DNA from: an uncultured Gemmatimonadota bacterium
Lineage (GTDB): Bacteria; Gemmatimonadota; Gemmatimonadetes; Palauibacterales; Palauibacteraceae
Assembly (NCBI GenBank): GCA_964450995.1
Contig: CAYVFM010000003.1
Location: 1-40,139, forward strand
Direction: 5' to 3'
Length of the DNA: 40,139 nt
The position numbers were made by a program, and so were the translations under genes. Shown here piece after piece: positions 8,560 through 16,910 of the stretch. The notes under the pieces were generated by a model that saw only the letters and a program-made list of their open reading frames with translations, did no database searches and was not told the DNA's origin. Numbering within the stretch: the first letter of the stretch is position 1; the number at the start of each line of letters is the position of its first letter.

Positions 8560-9752
8560 TGTGCGACCTCCAGGCTGTCGGCGTTGGTCAGGCGGACCCG
8601 CGCGTCGTGGGTCAGCGTCGTGTGCCCCTCCACCAGGACGACCTCCCCGGGCGCCGGGACGTCGCCGCCCTCCTCCTCCGGGCCGATCTCCACCCACCGG
8701 TCGTTCTCCAGCCCGGTGCTCACGTAGGTCCACTTGGCCCGGCCCACGCCGGGGGCGCTGTCGGAGGGGGCGAAGACGAAGACCACCTGGCGGCGCTGGC
8801 GCTCCACCAGCGCCTCGCGGTCGACGAAGAGGCGGTCCGGGTAACGCCGGCCGGCCACCTGGACCTGGGCGTACATGCCCGGGAGGACGCGGGCCTCCGG
8901 GTTCCGGAGGCGGACCGTGATTCGCACGGTGTTGGACTCCTCGTCCACCATCGGGTTGATGGTGGCCACCCGGCCCGGGAAGGTGTCGCCCGGGAGCGCC
9001 GTGAAGCGGACCCTCGCCCGGCGGCCGGGCTCCAGGTGCGGGACCTGCTCCTGGAGCACGTCCACGTCCACCTCCACCTGGGAGAGGTCCAGGACCGTGG
9101 CCACCGAGTCGCGGGCCTCGAGGCGGGCCCCGCGGCTCACCGAGAGGTTGGCCACCCGGCCGGCGAAGGGGGCGCGGATCCGCGTCTTCGACAGCTCGTA
9201 CCGGGCCTTCTCCAGGTCCACCTCGGCCTGCGCCACGCCGCTGCGGACCCGGGCCTGCCGGCGCCGCTCCTCCCGCTCCTCCTCGGTGAGGCCCATCCCG
9301 TCGGTCCCCAGCATCCGGGTCCGGAACTCGGCCTGCGCCTGCTGGTAGGCGGCCTCCGCCTTCCGGACGTCCAGGGCGTAGGACGTGGAGTCGATCCGGG
9401 CCAGCAGCTCGCCCTCGGCCACCCGCTCGCCCTCCCGGACAGGGAGCTCGGCCACCGGGCCCGCGACCTCCGCCCGGACCGTCGCCTTTCGCCGTGCCTC
9501 CGCCCGACCTTCCGCCTCGACCCAGAGGACGAAGGTGTCCCGGCGGACGCGGGCGCCCTCCACCGGCACGGCCATGCCGGTGCCGAAGGCCGAGCGGGCC
9601 GCCTCCGATCGCACGGCCTCCGACACGGAGTCGGCCACCGCCGGCCCGCCGCCCTCCTCCGAGCCGGATCCCTGCAGGCGCCAGAAGATGCCGCCCAGCA
9701 GGCCTCCGGCCAGCAGGACGACGAGCAGGGTGACGACGTGGCGCTGTCTCAT
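8556..9752 (-). CDS. RND efflux periplasmic adaptor (membrane fusion protein, HlyD/AcrA-like), 398 aa
   Basis: Part of track ORF 8556..10013. Start chosen at ATG 9752-9750, giving MRQRHVVTLLVVLLAGGLLGGIFW (membrane anchor). This is followed by biotinyl-lipoyl-like GPVAELPVREGERVAEGELLARID, a coiled-coil hairpin, and IRAPFAGRVANLSV. The longer track ORF would run into the tRNA gene. Confidence 0.88.
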   Translation of the reverse strand: MRQRHVVTLLVVLLAGGLLGGIFWRLQGSGSEEGGGPAVADSVSEAVRSEAARSAFGTGMAVPVEGARVRRDTFVLWVEAEGRAEARRKATVRAEVAGPVAELPVREGERVAEGELLARIDSTSYALDVRKAEAAYQQAQAEFRTRMLGTDGMGLTEEEREERRRQARVRSGVAQAEVDLEKARYELSKTRIRAPFAGRVANLSVSRGARLEARDSVATVLDLSQVEVDVDVLQEQVPHLEPGRRARVRFTALPGDTFPGRVATINPMVDEESNTVRITVRLRNPEARVLPGMYAQVQVAGRRYPDRLFVDREALVERQRRQVVFVFAPSDSAPGVGRAKWTYVSTGLENDRWVEIGPEEEGGDVPAPGEVVLVEGHTTLTHDARVRLTNADSLEVAQ

Positions 9753-9869
9753 GCGCGAATGCCCCTCGTGTGGCGGATCCTCGAACGGGTCGGGAGGAGT
9801 CGTTCCCGGACCGGATGCCCCGGGCGGCGGCGGGCCGCGGCGGACCGCGGGGCGCCGGGTCCGCTCCCA

Positions 9870-9898
9870 AGCATAGGCGCCGCGCTCGATCGCGACAA
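9870..9898 (-). promoter_or_regulatory. Candidate sigma70-type promoter for the efflux operon
   Basis: The minus strand reads TTGTCG-N17-TATGCT. The -35 is at 9898-9893 and the -10 at 9875-9870. It lies about 120 nt upstream of the adaptor start and downstream of the tRNA-Cys hairpin. Motif match only. Confidence 0.3.
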
Positions 9899-9913
9899 CG
9901 TCCAGCGCCGTAC

Positions 9914-9937
9914 GTAAACCCCGGCATGGCGCCGGGG
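9914..9937 (-). terminator. Hairpin plus short T-run downstream of tRNA-Cys
   Basis: The minus strand reads CCCCGGC-GCCAT-GCCGGGG (7-bp stem) followed by TTTAC. It lies about 20 nt after the tRNA 3' end. Confidence 0.4.
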
Positions 9938-9956
9938 ACGGCGGGAGGCGGGAGAG

Positions 9957-10027
9957 AGGCGCCGTCCGGATTCGAACCGGAGTAGGGGGCTTTGCAGGCC
10001 CCTGCCTAGCCACTCGGCCACGGCGCC
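9957..10027 (-). tRNA. tRNA-Cys (anticodon GCA), 71 nt, CCA not encoded
   Basis: Minus strand: GGCGCCGTGGCCGAGTGGCTAGGCAGGGGCCTGCAAAGCCCCCTACTCCGGTTCGAATCCGGACGGCGCCT. Acceptor stem is 7 bp (GGCGCCG/CGGCGCC). Anticodon stem is GGGGC/GCCCC with loop CTGCAAA. T arm is TCCGG-TTCGAAT-CCGGA. The discriminator is U, as expected for tRNA-Cys. The D stem is short with a 13:22 mismatch, also typical of tRNA-Cys. Confidence 0.95.
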
Positions 10028-10037
10028 GTGGTCGGAC

Positions 10038-10060
10038 CGGCCGCTTAGCCTAACCGGCCG
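10038..10060. repeat. 23-nt imperfect palindrome in the divergent tRNA-Cys / OMP intergenic region
   Basis: CGGCCGCTTAG-C-CTAACCGGCCG has 10 of 11 arm positions complementary. It contains the only AT-rich patch (TTAGCCTAA) of this spacer. Confidence 0.4.
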
Positions 10061-10093
10061 CGGCGGACGGGGAAAGGAAGCGTCGCTCCCCGG

Positions 10094-11827
10094 GTGTTGT
10101 CGGCCCCGTTCCGGCTTCCTATACTCGCCGCCGGACCGATCGTGCCGGGCGCCCTCTCCGCCCCGCCCCGCCGACCTCGCCTCGAACAAGGGAGCCCGCT
10201 CCTGACGGACTCGGAGCGTCGGACGCGACACCGCCGAAAGCCCCGTGTACGACCCGGTTCGGCTCCCCTCGCGGCGACGGCCGCCTGCGCCGCGCTCCTG
10301 GCGATCGCCGTCGCCCCGGCCGGGGGCGCCGCCCAGCAGATCGCGCCGGTCCCCGAGAACGCCGACCTGCCTCCCTCCGGCGAGGTCCGCCTGCGGGCGG
10401 GCCCCGTGCTCCAGACCTGGCACCGGGAGTTCGGCCCGGGCCCCGGCGGCGGCGACAAGGTCCCCCTGGCCCGGGACTGGACCGGCCCACTCCTGGAGCA
10501 GATCTCCCCCGGGCCGCAGCTCCTCCTGGACGGCCTCAACGCCGACGCCGGGGCGCTGGGCTTCGAGCCGCTCGAGCCGGACGAGGCCTCCCTCGGCGCC
10601 CTCGAGATGCGGGAGATATCGGCGGAGATCCGGGCCCTGGCCCCGCGGCTGGAGGTGGGGCTGCCCTGGGGGTTCGCCGTCGACGTCTCGGTCCCCCTGG
10701 TCCGCACCGAAGTCGAGCCCTTCGGCTCCTTCGACCCCTCCGGCGCCAACCTCGCCTCGGCCGGCGGGCTCTTCGGCTCCCCGGGCGCCTTCTTCGGCAG
10801 CGTGGCCGCCGCCCGCAGCGACCTCCAGGCGCGGCTGGACGACGGCCAGCTCTCCGGGGACCGGGCGGAGCGGGCCCGCGCGCTCCTGGAGGAGAGCGGG
10901 GCGTTCGCCGACGCCCTCCGGGGGCGGGTCGAGCAGGCCGCCCTGATCCCGCTCGCGGGCACTTCGGCCGGCGGCCAGCTCCTGGCGCACTACGGGGAGC
11001 TCAGGGACGGGTTCGCGTCCTTCGACCTCTCCATCCCCGAGCTCGACCTCCCGGCCGAGGCCGGCCAGGGCCTCCTGGACTTCCTCCCCGGCGATCCCTT
11101 CTCCCCGGTCCAGCGGGGATGGCTGCCCGGGGAGCCCGAGGTGGGCCTCCGGTTCCGGGTGCACGACGGCTTCCGACCGGAGGAGGAGGGGGGCGGGGAG
11201 GGGCTCGAGCTCCGGACGGCCGTGGGGCTGCGGGCCCGGCTTCCCCTCCGGAGCGGCGCGGCGAGCCCCTTCGTGGACCCCGCCGACCTGGTGGGGCTGC
11301 CGCCGGGTGACGGACAGCGGGACCTGGAGGTGAGCGTCTACCAGGACCTGCGCTGGAACGGCCTCCTCACCCTGGACGCCGTGGCCCGGTACGGGATCCA
11401 GCGGCCCGATCGGGTGACGCTCCGGGTCCGCTCCCCGGACCGGCCCTTCGCCCCCGCCTCGGCGGCCCGGGACCTGGAGCGTGACCTCGGCGACTACGTC
11501 CGCCTCCGGCTCGCGCCCCGCCTCGTGCTGAACCGGTTCTTCTCGGTCGGCGGCGAATACCGGTTCTGGCGGAAGGGGGACGACCGCTACCGGGTGCTGG
11601 AGGGCGACGGCGACGCCTCGGCCCTGGAGCTGGAGAGCTCCGGGACCCGGCACCGCCTCGGCCTGGGCGCCTTCTACCGCCCCGATCCGCCTGAGCCGGA
11701 CGAGCCCCGCGGCGGCGTGCCCGAGCTGGGGATGGTCTGGCAGACGGCCCTCTCGGGCTCCGGGGGCGAGGTCCCCGCGGCCAGCCTCGTGACGTTCCAC
11801 CTTCGGATCCCGATCCACCTGTTCTGA
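10094..11827 (+). CDS. Putative outer-membrane beta-barrel protein, no family recognised
   Basis: Track ORF 10094..11827. It has a basic n-region plus hydrophobic stretch, RRKPRVRPGSAPLAATAACAALLAIAVAPAGGAAQQ. The C-terminal half alternates hydrophobic residues (RLRLAPRLVLNRFFSVGGEYRFW, HRLGLGAFYR) and ends in ...LVTFHLRIPIHLF, a terminal Phe as in OM barrel signals. The composition is protein-like, unlike the antisense ORF 9749..11818. The true start is uncertain: in-frame GTG 10094, TTG 10097, GTG 10142, or CTG near 10204 preceded by GGGAG. Confidence 0.7.
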   Translation: MLSAPFRLPILAAGPIVPGALSAPPRRPRLEQGSPLLTDSERRTRHRRKPRVRPGSAPLAATAACAALLAIAVAPAGGAAQQIAPVPENADLPPSGEVRLRAGPVLQTWHREFGPGPGGGDKVPLARDWTGPLLEQISPGPQLLLDGLNADAGALGFEPLEPDEASLGALEMREISAEIRALAPRLEVGLPWGFAVDVSVPLVRTEVEPFGSFDPSGANLASAGGLFGSPGAFFGSVAAARSDLQARLDDGQLSGDRAERARALLEESGAFADALRGRVEQAALIPLAGTSAGGQLLAHYGELRDGFASFDLSIPELDLPAEAGQGLLDFLPGDPFSPVQRGWLPGEPEVGLRFRVHDGFRPEEEGGGEGLELRTAVGLRARLPLRSGAASPFVDPADLVGLPPGDGQRDLEVSVYQDLRWNGLLTLDAVARYGIQRPDRVTLRVRSPDRPFAPASAARDLERDLGDYVRLRLAPRLVLNRFFSVGGEYRFWRKGDDRYRVLEGDGDASALELESSGTRHRLGLGAFYRPDPPEPDEPRGGVPELGMVWQTALSGSGGEVPAASLVTFHLRIPIHLF

Positions 11828-11836
11828 TCTCCCCGG

Positions 11837-11853
11837 GCCGCCGCGCGGGCGGC
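11837..11853. terminator. Small GC hairpin between the convergent OMP gene and recN
   Basis: GCCGCC-GCGCG-GGCGGC lies in the 32-nt spacer between the two stop codons. No U-tract. Confidence 0.25.
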
Positions 11854-11859
11854 GCGCTC

Positions 11860-13533
11860 TCAGCCGGCCGCGGCGGCCCCCTCCAGCAGCTCGCGGGCGT
11901 GGTCCCGTGAGAGCCCGCTCTGCGGGTCGCCCCCGAGCATGCGGGCCACCTCCTCCACCCTGCCCTCCCCCTCCATCCGCCGGACACGGGTGACGGCCCG
12001 GCCGTCGGCGGCCTCCTTCTCCACCCGCCAGTGGGCGTCGGCCCGGGCGGCGATCTGCGGCAGGTGGGTGATGACGAAGACCTGGTGCTCCCGGGCCACC
12101 GCGGCCAGCTTCTCGGCCACCCGGTGGGCCACCTGCCCCCCGACGCCGGCGTCGATCTCGTCGAACACCAGCGAGGGGACGTCGTCGACCCGGACCAGCA
12201 CCGTCTTCAGCGCCAGCATCACCCGGCTCAGCTCGCCGCCCGAGGCGATGCGGTCCAGGGGCCCCGGCTCGAAGCCCGGGTTGAGGGAGACCCGGAACTC
12301 GACGCGCTCGGCGCCGTGGCGGCCGGGCCGCTCCAGCGGCTCCAGCGCCACCTCGAAGCGTCCTCCCTCCATCCCGAGCTCCTCCAGGAGGGGCTCGACC
12401 GCCTCCTCCAGCTCCCCGGCGGCCTCGCGGCGCCGCTCGCCGAGCCGCTCCGCCCGCTCGATCAGCTCCTCCCGCAGCTCCTCCACGCGGGCGGACAGCT
12501 CCTCCTGTCGCCGGTCGGCGGTCTCCAGCGTCTCCAGCTCCTCGCGCGCCCGGCGGCCGGCCTCCAGCACCTCCTCGACCGTCTCGCCGTACTTCCGCTC
12601 CAGGCGGTAGATCTCGTCCAGGCGCTCCCGGATGCGCTCCAGCCTCGCCGGGTCGTGATCCACGTCGTCGTGGTAGGCCGCCAGCCGCCGCCCCAGCTCC
12701 TCCAGCTCCGCCCGGGCGGACGCGAACAGGTCCCGGAGCTCGGCGGCGTCGGGGTCCAGGTCGACCAGGCGGTCGAGGTCGCGGCCCAGGCTCCCGAGCC
12801 GCTCGACGATCGAGCCGTCGCCGGCGTAGATCTCCTCCTGGAGCCGGCCCGAGAGGGTGGTGAGGTCCTCCGAGTTCTCCAGGCGCCTGGCCTCGGCCTG
12901 GAGCTCGTCCTCCTCCCCCGGCTCGAGATCGGCCTCCTCGATCTCCTCCACCTTGAAGCGCAGCCAGTCCGCCCGCTCCCGCGCTTCCCGCGCGCGTCGC
13001 TTCAGCTCCTCCAGCTCCTCCCGGGCGTCCGCCAGCTCGTCGTGGGCACGTGCCACATCCGCGGCCAGCTCACCCGCCCCGGCGAAGGCGTCGAGGATCC
13101 GTCGCTGCTCCCTCGGCCGGAGGAGGACCTGGTGCTCGTGCTGGCCGTGCAGCTCCACCAGCTCCGAGCCCAGGTCCCAGACCAGGCCGGCGGTGGCGGG
13201 AGACCCGTTCGCCCAGGCCCGGTTCCGGCCCTCCCGCTGCACCTCGCGGCGGAGCACCAGCCACCCGTCCTCCACCTCGATGCCCGCCTCCTCGCAGCGC
13301 CGCAGGACCGGCTCCCGGCCCGCCACGTCGAAGGCGGCCTCCACCAGGGCCCGGTCCTCGCCCGCCCGCACGTCCTCGGTGGAGGCGCGCTCGCCCAGCA
13401 GCAGGGACAGGGCCCCGACGACGATGGACTTCCCGGCGCCGGTCTCCCCGGTGAGGGCGTTCAGCCCCGGCCCCAGGTCGAGGCGGACGTCGTCGATGAC
13501 GGCGAAGTTGCGGATGCGCAGCTCTCTCAGCAC
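11860..13533 (-). CDS. recN: DNA repair protein RecN
   Basis: N-terminus (M)LRELRIRNFAVIDDVRLDLGPGLNALTGETGAGKSIVVGALSLLLGERAS (Walker A). A long coiled-coil follows, then C-terminal SGGELSRVMLALK and LVFDEIDAGVGG. GTG start with GGAGGGAG 7 nt upstream. Confidence 0.95.
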   Translation of the reverse strand: MLRELRIRNFAVIDDVRLDLGPGLNALTGETGAGKSIVVGALSLLLGERASTEDVRAGEDRALVEAAFDVAGREPVLRRCEEAGIEVEDGWLVLRREVQREGRNRAWANGSPATAGLVWDLGSELVELHGQHEHQVLLRPREQRRILDAFAGAGELAADVARAHDELADAREELEELKRRAREARERADWLRFKVEEIEEADLEPGEEDELQAEARRLENSEDLTTLSGRLQEEIYAGDGSIVERLGSLGRDLDRLVDLDPDAAELRDLFASARAELEELGRRLAAYHDDVDHDPARLERIRERLDEIYRLERKYGETVEEVLEAGRRAREELETLETADRRQEELSARVEELREELIERAERLGERRREAAGELEEAVEPLLEELGMEGGRFEVALEPLERPGRHGAERVEFRVSLNPGFEPGPLDRIASGGELSRVMLALKTVLVRVDDVPSLVFDEIDAGVGGQVAHRVAEKLAAVAREHQVFVITHLPQIAARADAHWRVEKEAADGRAVTRVRRMEGEGRVEEVARMLGGDPQSGLSRDHARELLEGAAAAG

Positions 13534-13593
13534 CGGTCGGCTCCCTCCGACGGGACGGTCTCCGGAAGCTCTCCCCGGGGCCTCACGGACGCC

Positions 13594-14487
13594 TCAACGC
13601 TGACGGGGCCGGACGTCGCCCCAGTGGAGCTTCCGGCGGAGGACGCTGAAGAAGCTGCGGCCGGGGAACTGGACCAGCTTCACGGGCTGCCCGGAGCGGC
13701 TGGCCCGCACCCGGTCTCCCGGCTCCAGCGAGGTGCCCGACTGGCCGTCGACGGTGAGGACGGGCTGCTCGCTCCGGGGGCGCACCTCCACCTCCAGGAC
13801 GGCGTCCGCCGGCAGCACCAGGGGCCGGATGGCCAGGGTGTGGGGGCTGATGGGGGTCGCCACCAGCGCGTCCAGGTCCGGCACCAGCACCGGGCCCCCG
13901 GCCGAGAGGCTGTAGGCCGTGGAGCCGGTGGCGGTGGCCAGGACGATGCCGTCGGCGCTGTACTGCCCCACCTCCTCCCCGTCCACCCGGACACGGAGGG
14001 TGATCAGCCGGGCGAACCCGCTCTTGTGGACGACGGCGTCGTTCAGGGCGTAGAAGCCCCCGGACTCGCCGGGTCCGCCGTCCCCGGGCTCCCGTCCCTC
14101 GGACAGCACCGTCACCCGCAGCGTCAGCCGCTCCTCGACACGGTACTCCCCCGCCGCCAGCCGCCCCAGGACCTCCTCCAGCTCCCCGGGCGAGGAGGAG
14201 GTGAGGAAGCCCAGCCGCCCGAGGTTGCAGCCCAGCACCGGGATGCCCCGGGGGCCCGCCTCGCGGGCGCCCCGGAGGAGCGTGCCGTCGCCCCCCAGCG
14301 TGACCAAGACGTCGATGTCGTCCCAGGCCTCCTCCAGCGGCGGGAGGTCCGGCCCGAGCTCCGACGCGGCCTCGCCCCCCAGCGCCAGCTCCGCGCCCAG
14401 CTCCTCCACCCGGCGCCGCACCCGCTCGAGCACGTCCTCCAGGCCGTCGTAGGACCGGTTGCCCAGCACGCCGATCCGCACGGTCAC
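13594..14487 (-). CDS. nadK: NAD(+) kinase
   Basis: Motifs DVLVTLGGDGTLLRGAR and ATATGSTAYSLSAGGPV are present. The GTG start overlaps the ispA stop (GTGA at 14484-14487). Confidence 0.92.
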   Translation of the reverse strand: MTVRIGVLGNRSYDGLEDVLERVRRRVEELGAELALGGEAASELGPDLPPLEEAWDDIDVLVTLGGDGTLLRGAREAGPRGIPVLGCNLGRLGFLTSSSPGELEEVLGRLAAGEYRVEERLTLRVTVLSEGREPGDGGPGESGGFYALNDAVVHKSGFARLITLRVRVDGEEVGQYSADGIVLATATGSTAYSLSAGGPVLVPDLDALVATPISPHTLAIRPLVLPADAVLEVEVRPRSEQPVLTVDGQSGTSLEPGDRVRASRSGQPVKLVQFPGRSFFSVLRRKLHWGDVRPRQR

Positions 14488-15410
14488 CGCCTCCGCCGGA
14501 CCACGAAGTCCACGATCTCGTCGAGCACGTCGTCCCCCCCCATCCCCGTGAGCTCCTCCCGGGCCGACGCGGCCAGCTCCCGGGCCGCCTCCCGGGCCGC
14601 CTCCAGCCCCATCACCGAGGGGTAGGTGGCCTTGCCCAGGGCCCGGTCCCTGCCGCCCGACTTCCCCAGCTCCCGCGCGTCCCCCGTCTCGTCCAGGATG
14701 TCGTCCACCGCCTGGAAGGCGAGCCCCAGCTTCCCGCCGAACCGCCCGGCCCGCTCCACGCGGTCCCCGTCGGCCCCGGCCGAGACCGCCCCCATGCGGA
14801 CCGCCGCCTCCATGAGCGCCGCCGTCTTGCCCCGGTGGATCCGCTCCAGCTCCGCCGCCTCCACCGGCCGGCCCTCCGCCCGGAGGTCCAGGAGCTGTCC
14901 GCCGACCATCCCGGTGCCGCCGCTGGCCCGCGCCAGCCGACGGGCCAGGCGACGGGTCCGGGCGCCGTCCAGCCCGAGACGGTCCCCGGCGCGGACCACC
15001 ACGCGCACGGCCATCGGCATCAGGGACGCCCCCACCAGCACCGCCGTCCGGACCCCGAAGCGGACGTGGACCGTGGGGCGTCCCCGCCGGAGCACGTCGT
15101 CGTCCATGCAGGGGAGGTCGTCGTGGACGAGCGAGTAGGCGTGGACCAGCTCCACGCTGCAGGCCAGCTCGACCGCGGCGTCGGGGATCTCGCCCGCCAC
15201 CGACCGGTGCGCGCCCAGCAGGAGCAGGGGCCGGATCCGCTTGCCCGGGCTGAGGACGGCGTCCCGGACCGCCCGCGGGGTCCGGCCGGAGAGGCCCGCC
15301 AGCTCCTGCTCCACCACCCGGTGGAGGGATCGCTCGACGCGGCCCCGGAGGCGGGGCGCCGGCCCGGCCGCCGACCGGTCGCCCGGGACGGCCTCAGCCG
15401 TCGGGGTCAT
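14484..15410 (-). CDS. ispA: Polyprenyl (farnesyl) diphosphate synthase
   Basis: First Asp-rich motif LVHAYSLVHDDLPCMDDDVLRRGRPTVH closely resembles E. coli IspA. Second motif is AFQAVDDILD. The start overlaps the xseB 3' end by 17 nt. Confidence 0.9.
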   Translation of the reverse strand: MTPTAEAVPGDRSAAGPAPRLRGRVERSLHRVVEQELAGLSGRTPRAVRDAVLSPGKRIRPLLLLGAHRSVAGEIPDAAVELACSVELVHAYSLVHDDLPCMDDDVLRRGRPTVHVRFGVRTAVLVGASLMPMAVRVVVRAGDRLGLDGARTRRLARRLARASGGTGMVGGQLLDLRAEGRPVEAAELERIHRGKTAALMEAAVRMGAVSAGADGDRVERAGRFGGKLGLAFQAVDDILDETGDARELGKSGGRDRALGKATYPSVMGLEAAREAARELAASAREELTGMGGDDVLDEIVDFVVRRRR

Positions 15411-15657
15411 CGTCCGGGACGTCGAAGTCCACCACGTCCAGCTCCCCGGCGGCGTCCTCCACCAGCTCCTCCACCCGTCCCCGGGCCTCGTCCAGGGTGG
15501 CGCTGGCGCGGCGCAGGTGGCCCACCCCGTCCTCGAACAGCTCCATGGCCTCGTCCAGCGGCATCTCGTCCCGGTCCAGGCGCCGGACGATGCGCTCGAG
15601 CTCCTCGACGGCCTCCTCGAAGCCGATCTCCTCCCCTCCGCCGGCGTCCTCGCTCAC
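15394..15657 (-). CDS. xseB: Exodeoxyribonuclease VII small subunit
   Basis: FEEAVEELERIVRRLDRDEMPLDEAMELFEDGVGHLRRA is typical XseB. The start was moved to GTG 15657-15655, which overlaps the xseA TGA (GTGA), giving 87 aa. Confidence 0.88.
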   Translation of the reverse strand: MSEDAGGGEEIGFEEAVEELERIVRRLDRDEMPLDEAMELFEDGVGHLRRASATLDEARGRVEELVEDAAGELDVVDFDVPDDDPDG

Positions 15658-16910
15658 CCTTCCTCCTCGATGGGGTCGATCTCCAGCGTCTCGCACGTCA
15701 CCCGGCCGTCGACGACCCGGAGGCGGAACCGTCCGCCGGGCGCGAAGTCCCCCGCCCGCCGGAGCACCTCCCCGTCGGGCCCCAGCGGGACGGCGTAGCC
15801 CCGGCCCAGCGTCGAGAGGGGGCTCAGCGCGTCCAGGCGCCCCGACAGGCGCTCCAGTCGCGAGCGGCCCCGCTCCAGCCGCCTGTCGACGGCCGACATC
15901 AGCCGCTCGGCCGCCCGCGCCACCCGGTCCCCCCCACGCCGGGCCCGATCCCGCAGGCCGGACACCAGGGCGTCGCCGAGGCGCCGGAGCTCCGCCCGGA
16001 GCGCCTCCCCGTCGGCCACGACCAGCTCGCCGGCCGCCGAGGGGGTGGGCGCCCGCCGGTCGGCCACCAGGTCGCAGATGGTCACGTCCACCTCGTGGCC
16101 CACCGCCGACACCACCGGCACCGGACAGTCGGCCACGGCCCGGGCCACCGGCTCCTCGTTGAACGCCCAGAGGTCCTCCACCGATCCGCCACCCCGCGTG
16201 ACCACGATCACGTCGACGCCCCCGTGCTCGACGAGCCGGCGGAGGGCCGCCACGATCTCCGGGGCGGCCTCCTCACCCTGCACCCGGGTGTGGGAGACCA
16301 GGATCCGGGTCCAGGGCGCCCGTCGCCGGACCACGCTGACCACGTCCCGCACCGCGGCGCCGGCCCGGGAGGTGACCACCCCCACCCGCTCCGGGACCCG
16401 GGGGAGCGGACGCTTCCGGGCGTCGTCCAGCAGACCCTCCTCGGCCAGCTTCCGCTTCAGCTTCTCGAAGGCCAGCCGCCAGAGCCCCTCGCCCCGCGCC
16501 TCCATGCGCCGGACCACGAGCTGGAAGTCGCCCCGGACCTCGTACAGCGACACCTCCCCCCGGGCGCAGACCTCCATCCCGTCCTCGGGATCGGTGGGGA
16601 GGCGGCGGGCGTCGCTCCGCCACATGACGCAGGAGACCTGCGCCTCCTCGTCCCGGAGGGTGAAGTACCGGTGGCCCGACCGGGCCCGCTTCCAGTTGGC
16701 CACCTCGCCGGCCACCCAGAGGGGCGGGAAGCTCTCCTCCAGCACCCGGCGGGCCGCCGCGTTGAGCCGCGAGACCGGGATCGCCGTCTCCACCGTCTCG
16801 CCCGGGTCCGCGTCGCTCTCCGTCGCCGCGGGTGCCGCCGGGCTCTCGCCCGAATCGTCGTCGGCCCCCTCTCCCGCGAACAGCGGGATCTGCCCCTCGC
16901 CCGGGCTCAC
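15654..16910 (-). CDS. xseA: Exodeoxyribonuclease VII large subunit
   Basis: OB-fold N-terminus VSRLNAAARRVLEESFPPLWVAGEVANWKRARSGHRYFTLRDEEAQV. Then GVVTSRAGAAVRDV and VIVVTRGGGSVEDLWAFNEE. The GTG start overlaps the folD TGA (GTGA). Confidence 0.93.
   Translation of the reverse strand: MSPGEGQIPLFAGEGADDDSGESPAAPAATESDADPGETVETAIPVSRLNAAARRVLEESFPPLWVAGEVANWKRARSGHRYFTLRDEEAQVSCVMWRSDARRLPTDPEDGMEVCARGEVSLYEVRGDFQLVVRRMEARGEGLWRLAFEKLKRKLAEEGLLDDARKRPLPRVPERVGVVTSRAGAAVRDVVSVVRRRAPWTRILVSHTRVQGEEAAPEIVAALRRLVEHGGVDVIVVTRGGGSVEDLWAFNEEPVARAVADCPVPVVSAVGHEVDVTICDLVADRRAPTPSAAGELVVADGEALRAELRRLGDALVSGLRDRARRGGDRVARAAERLMSAVDRRLERGRSRLERLSGRLDALSPLSTLGRGYAVPLGPDGEVLRRAGDFAPGGRFRLRVVDGRVTCETLEIDPIEEEG

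Noticed and set aside
9753-10093. Possibility that tRNA-Cys marks an integration site and the efflux operon or OMP gene is a genomic island
   Set aside because: There is no integrase, no visible direct repeat of the tRNA 3' end, and no visible shift in base composition or codon style relative to the flanking housekeeping genes.
9749-11818. 689-aa minus-strand ORF opposite the putative OMP gene
   Set aside because: It would run through the tRNA-Cys gene and into the adaptor gene start. Its composition is typical antisense junk (HPEPE, RRGGGEG and similar runs). The plus-strand frame has a signal-like N-terminus, beta-strand periodicity and a terminal Phe.
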